From an uncultured delta proteobacterium (lineage in GTDB: Bacteria; Desulfobacterota; Desulfobacteria; Desulfobacterales; SG8-13): a stretch of 64,000 nucleotides of DNA. Where the stretch lies: the NCBI GenBank assembly GCA_963848135.1, contig CAWKCK010000007.1, forward strand, positions 1 through 64,000. The letters are read 5' to 3'. Position numbers and translations under genes: made by a program. Positions 60,060 to 64,000 of this stretch are shown one piece after another. The notes beneath the pieces are model-generated. The model was not told the DNA's origin, did not search any database, and saw nothing but the letters and a program-made list of their open reading frames with translations. The first letter of the stretch is position 1, and the number at the start of each line of letters is the position of its first letter.

Positions 60060-60560
60060 ATGTATATACTTAAAACGCTGTCCAAAGATGCTATACCCAA
60101 CGCACTGGAAAAAGCCGAACGTTACCGTCTAATGCACGAATCCATGGAGGCTGAAAGTATTTGCAGAGACGTTCTGGAAGTCGAACCGGATAATCAAAAG
60201 GCACAGATTATCCTTTTGCTGGCGTTGACCGACAAATTCAAGCAACAACTCAACCCCGCTTTTACCCAGGCCCAGGAAGTTTTGGAAACACTGAATGACC
60301 AGTTCTGCAAAGCATATTATGGCGGGATCATCTGTGAAAGACGGGCCAAGGCCCACATGCAACGGGGTGGCCCAGGCGCCGGTCGGGTGGCTTATGAGTG
60401 GTTCCGCAAGGCGATGAATCTTTTCGAAACCGCCCTGAACTCCTGTTCACCCGGCAACCAGGACGCCGTGCTGCGCTGGAACACTTGTGCCCGGATTATT
60501 ATGCAAAATTCTGATGTGGGCCCGCCCGAAGAAGATTCCGGAGAACAGATGCTCGAATAA
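60060..60560 (+). CDS. helical TPR-like hypothetical protein
   Basis: RBS AAGGAGG, abuts the sdhB stop. AESICRDVL and LRWNTCAR. Confidence 0.82.
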   Translation: MYILKTLSKDAIPNALEKAERYRLMHESMEAESICRDVLEVEPDNQKAQIILLLALTDKFKQQLNPAFTQAQEVLETLNDQFCKAYYGGIICERRAKAHMQRGGPGAGRVAYEWFRKAMNLFETALNSCSPGNQDAVLRWNTCARIIMQNSDVGPPEEDSGEQMLE

Positions 60561-60888
60561 ACCAACGCCGATTCAATTCCTTCCAGCAGATACGTTTTTC
60601 CATCATGGATAGCATCTCTGCCTCCCGATCTCTCGAAATGTTGCGGTACCTGTGAAAATGATTAACGTTTGGAGGTGCTGAATGTTTGGCACGACGCATA
60701 AACTGAAAAAAATACGATTGCCATAATTGCGTTTCGATTAATAAATGGGGCCCCATTTTTGGCAACCAGCTATAGTGGCTGTCAAAAAACGTGCCGTTTT
60801 TCGAACGTTTTTTCTACAACCACTTATTCCATCTGTAATTCGGAATTTATTTTTGAAAAGCAGTGTAAACATAATCGAGGAGAAAAAA

Positions 60889-61086
60889 ATGGTATCCTCC
60901 GATGCTGATTTCTTCTCGCTGCCCTTGATGACGGTCGGTGAGACGGCTATATACCTGGGTGTCGGCCGTAAAATTGTCTACCAATTGCTTGAGTTTGGAG
61001 AAATCCGGGCAGTGAAGCACAAGGGGGCAGTCCTGGTCGAAAAAGCCAGCCTGGACGCCTTCAGGTCGAGTGGAAAGTTAACCTGA
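60889..61086 (+). CDS. excisionase-like HTH DNA-binding protein
   Basis: RBS GAGGAG. LMTVGETAIYLGVGRKIVYQL..GEI. Confidence 0.85.
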   Translation: MVSSDADFFSLPLMTVGETAIYLGVGRKIVYQLLEFGEIRAVKHKGAVLVEKASLDAFRSSGKLT

Positions 61087-61162
61087 AATTGATTCCAATA
61101 ACGTCGACCGGAGATCATGCCGGCCGGCGAGAATACACATAAATTAACTGGAGGTAAATGCA

Positions 61163-61687
61163 ATGCCCGACAAAAACAAAACCAGAGCCAAAGAATATTT
61201 TCAGGAAGGTATGGTCGAATTCGTCGGCCAGAACTACGAAAAAAGTATCGAAGCCCTCAACCGGTCCATCGCGTCAGATTCAACATTCAAGCTTGCGCGC
61301 CTGAGTCGAGCAACGGCCTTTATGAAACTGGATCGTCTGGACGAGGCGCTTGCTGATTTCGATCGGGTCATTGACCTCGACCCGTCATATTCCAAGGCGT
61401 ATCACTTAAGGGGGCTTGTCCATGAAAGAATCGGGGATCATAGGGCGGCATTGAATGATATCAGCAAGGCCATCGACCTGGATCCTGATTACGGGGCCGC
61501 CTACTACAGCCGCGCAAATCTACACACAAACATGGGAAATCAAGATCTGGCAATGGAAGATATCCAGGCGGTCACTCAACTGACTAGTGTCAACATCGAA
61601 AGCTTCGCCAATGATAATAATATCTGGCGTTCGCAGCACTTGAAATTGGAAGAAACGGGTGATCTCACGGACACTATGGCCCGCTGA
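61163..61687 (+). CDS. tetratricopeptide repeat protein
   Basis: RBS GGAGG. Repeated A..D...AI.LDP.Y..AY..RG units. Confidence 0.92.
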   Translation: MPDKNKTRAKEYFQEGMVEFVGQNYEKSIEALNRSIASDSTFKLARLSRATAFMKLDRLDEALADFDRVIDLDPSYSKAYHLRGLVHERIGDHRAALNDISKAIDLDPDYGAAYYSRANLHTNMGNQDLAMEDIQAVTQLTSVNIESFANDNNIWRSQHLKLEETGDLTDTMAR

Positions 61688-61721
61688 TCGACAGTGCTCT
61701 CTGGTACGTAGATGACTTGTA

Positions 61722-61929
61722 CCTAAAATGAGCGTTTCAAATTCAAATGGAAGGGAACCTGCTTTATTTATATGGGATTCTATCATCGTTTGATTCTAAA
61801 ATTTGAAACCCGTCGGGATTGCCGATCTTGCCGCATCTACGGTGTCATATGCCGTCCAGCATAGCCTGACTATAGCGGAACGACATCTTCCTTGTAGCTG
61901 CGGCTACCTCGACAATCGCTCAAATTAGG
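61722..61929 (-). mobile_element. MITE family A, copy 3 (208 bp)
   Basis: TIRs CCTAAAATGAGCGTTT / AATCGCTCAAATTAGG. TSD TTGTA at 61717-61721 and 61930-61934. Confidence 0.9.
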
Positions 61930-62171
61930 TTGTATATTAATAACCGGACAATCAAGATTGCCGGGGCCGGATATCGGGCAATTTGCCGCCCGTTCGGCCC
62001 CGCAATGCTTCCCACCAGCCCTGCCTGCCCATGTTTCAAAATTTTAATATTTGATACACGCGTTATGGGCTTGTGAAAAAACGCAAAATGTTTTTATGGC
62101 GCGTTCTTTATAACAACAGCCCATCGTGAGGGTGGGTACGACCATTTAACATTGATGCAGTAGCACCCAAT

Positions 62172-63798
62172 ATGCCCGACATTCTTCTCGTCCAACCACC
62201 CATAAGGGATTTTTACCTGACGGCCAAAAGGACTGTTCCCTATGGTTTGGCAAGCATTGCAGCCGCATGTGAATTGGTCGGGTTTTCGGTGGAAATCCTT
62301 GACGCCCTGGCCATATCCCGAACGCGGATCATCGAATGGCCTGAGGGAATGGATTACCTGGAGACCTTTTATGGACGTGAAGACCGCTCGCCTTTCGCAC
62401 TTTTCCATCGATTCCGGCACTACGGTTACAGCTTCGAGCATATCGCAAGATTGGCAAAACAATCCGGGGCCTTTCTGATTGGAATCTCCTCCCTTTTTAC
62501 CCCTTACAGCGACGAAGCCATGGAAACGGCAGCGCGGATAAAGACCGCTCTGCCAACCTGCCGCATTGTCATGGGGGGACATCACCCGACAGAAATGCCG
62601 GAACGCGTCATGCGATGTCCGTCGGTTGACTTCGTTATTCGGGGTGACGGTGAAAAGGCCCTACCGCTTCTGGCTTCCGCCTTGAAAAGGGGCCAGGGTT
62701 TGGAGGGTATACCCGGAATTGTCTATCGCGGAAAAAACGGGGAGGTGACCGCTTCAGAACCCCATCGACTCGGCAAACTGTCGGACATGCCTTTACCGGC
62801 CACACATTTGATTTGTCACCCATTTTATCGCAGGGGTAGAAAAAATAGTGCGGTAATCGTGGCCAGTCGAGGTTGCCCCGGACGCTGCTCCTATTGTTGT
62901 ATGCGTCGCTCGTCGGGGCGGCCTTATGTGCGGCGCTCAATCGGGTCGGTGCTGGCGGAAATTGAACGGGCAGTGACGCGCGACAACGCCGGATTCATCG
63001 ATTTTGAGGATGAAAACCTTTCTCTCGACCGCCCCTGGTTCTTGGCTCTACTGCATCAACTTATCATGCGCTTCGATGGCGCCGGCCTCGAGTTACGGGC
63101 CATGAACGGTCTTTTCCCGCCGTCACTGGATAGTGAAGTGGTGGCGGCCATGGCCGCTGCGGGTTTCAAGGCGCTTAACCTGTCATTGGGGTCGAGCTGC
63201 CTGGCCCAGTTGAAGCGGTTCCGGCGACCGGATGTTCGCGAAACTTTCGATTCCGCACTCGCGGCCGCCCAAAAATATGGTCTGCAAGCCGTCGGGTATG
63301 TGCTCGCAGGGGCACCGGGCCAATCCGCAGAGAGCTCGGTGGCCGACTTGCTTTACCTGGCACAACGGCGAGTGCTGACGGGAGTATCCATCTTTTACCC
63401 GGCACCGGGAAGCCCGGACTATCAAAGATGCCGAGAATTGGGCCTATTACCGCAGAGCCTTTCTTTGATGCGATCGAGCACCCTGCCGATCGACCACACG
63501 ACCAGCCGGCTGCAAGCAGCGACCTTGCTGAGATTGGGAAGAATCTCGAATTTTATGAAATCACTTTTGGATCAGAAAAAGGTGCATTCCAGCGGCACGA
63601 CCTTTTACACCCGTTAAGATCCTGGATCCTCAGGATCGCCTGGCGGTCGGGTTAAAACTGCTGGAATGGTTTCAGCACGACTGTGAGATCAGGGGCATTT
63701 CCCCTGACGGCAAGGTTTATCGCCACAATATCGATCGCACATTGTCCAGGATGTTTCTGGATGGGTTGGGAAAAATCACCCTGCAGGGCTGCCGTTAA
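62172..63798 (+). CDS. cobalamin-binding radical SAM protein, C-terminal frameshift
   Basis: PYGLASIA, MGGHHPT, SRGCPGRCSYC and FEDEN. Removing one A at 63576-63580 extends the frame as KRCIPAARP...LLEWFQHDCEIRGISPDG...LQGCR* to 63798. Confidence 0.88.
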
Positions 63799-64000
63799 CC
63801 CGTGGGTGACATTAATCGGCAGATAACGCTGCGGTCGCTATCGATCAGATCTGACAGCGTTCACCCTCCCCGGCATGGGAAACCATGCCCGAATTGGCCT
63901 TCTGGTTAATAAGGAATGTGAGCCTATCGATTCGTTATTCGAAAAAAAATGCACGGTGCGATCGCCACCCATATCAGAACAACCAGCCACACCCGACCGG

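Noticed and set aside
60889..61086. Excisionase as a sign of a prophage or ICE
   Set aside because: No integrase, att site or phage genes in the window.

Overview
Chromosomal window from a bacterium that looks like Desulfobacterota (inferred from gene content and repeat style, not proven). (i) About 1-17 kb is a mosaic accessory region. It holds a Rieske-like gene, a sigma28-driven FlaG-like ORF, a PpiC/HupE-UreJ/DUF3604 triad, DUF502 and amidinotransferase relics, a membrane-bound Pls-type NRPS with its PPTase and a TraX-family gene, an AraC regulator and an ankyrin relic. (ii) About 17-45 kb is a respiratory region: ubiE, a DsbD_2/TauE-like gene, a nosL-ABC-Cys-rich membrane protein operon without nosZ, a prkA-yeaH-spoVR-prkA2 operon, and a cluster joining alternative complex III (actBCDFA, actE) to a cbb3 oxidase (ccoN, ccoO-cytochrome c fusion, ccoS, ccoI). 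(iii) About 45-64 kb holds pepN, two-component genes with a sigma54 promoter, a cupin, GGT, a VOC gene, anchor-less sdhAB, HTH and TPR genes and a B12 radical SAM gene. At least two MITE families have readable terminal inverted repeats (TIRs) and target-site duplications (TSDs). Several genes are broken by 1-nt indels in homopolymers, which are probably assembly errors. No rRNA, tRNA or CRISPR array was seen. All family calls come from motif recognition by eye, with no database searches.
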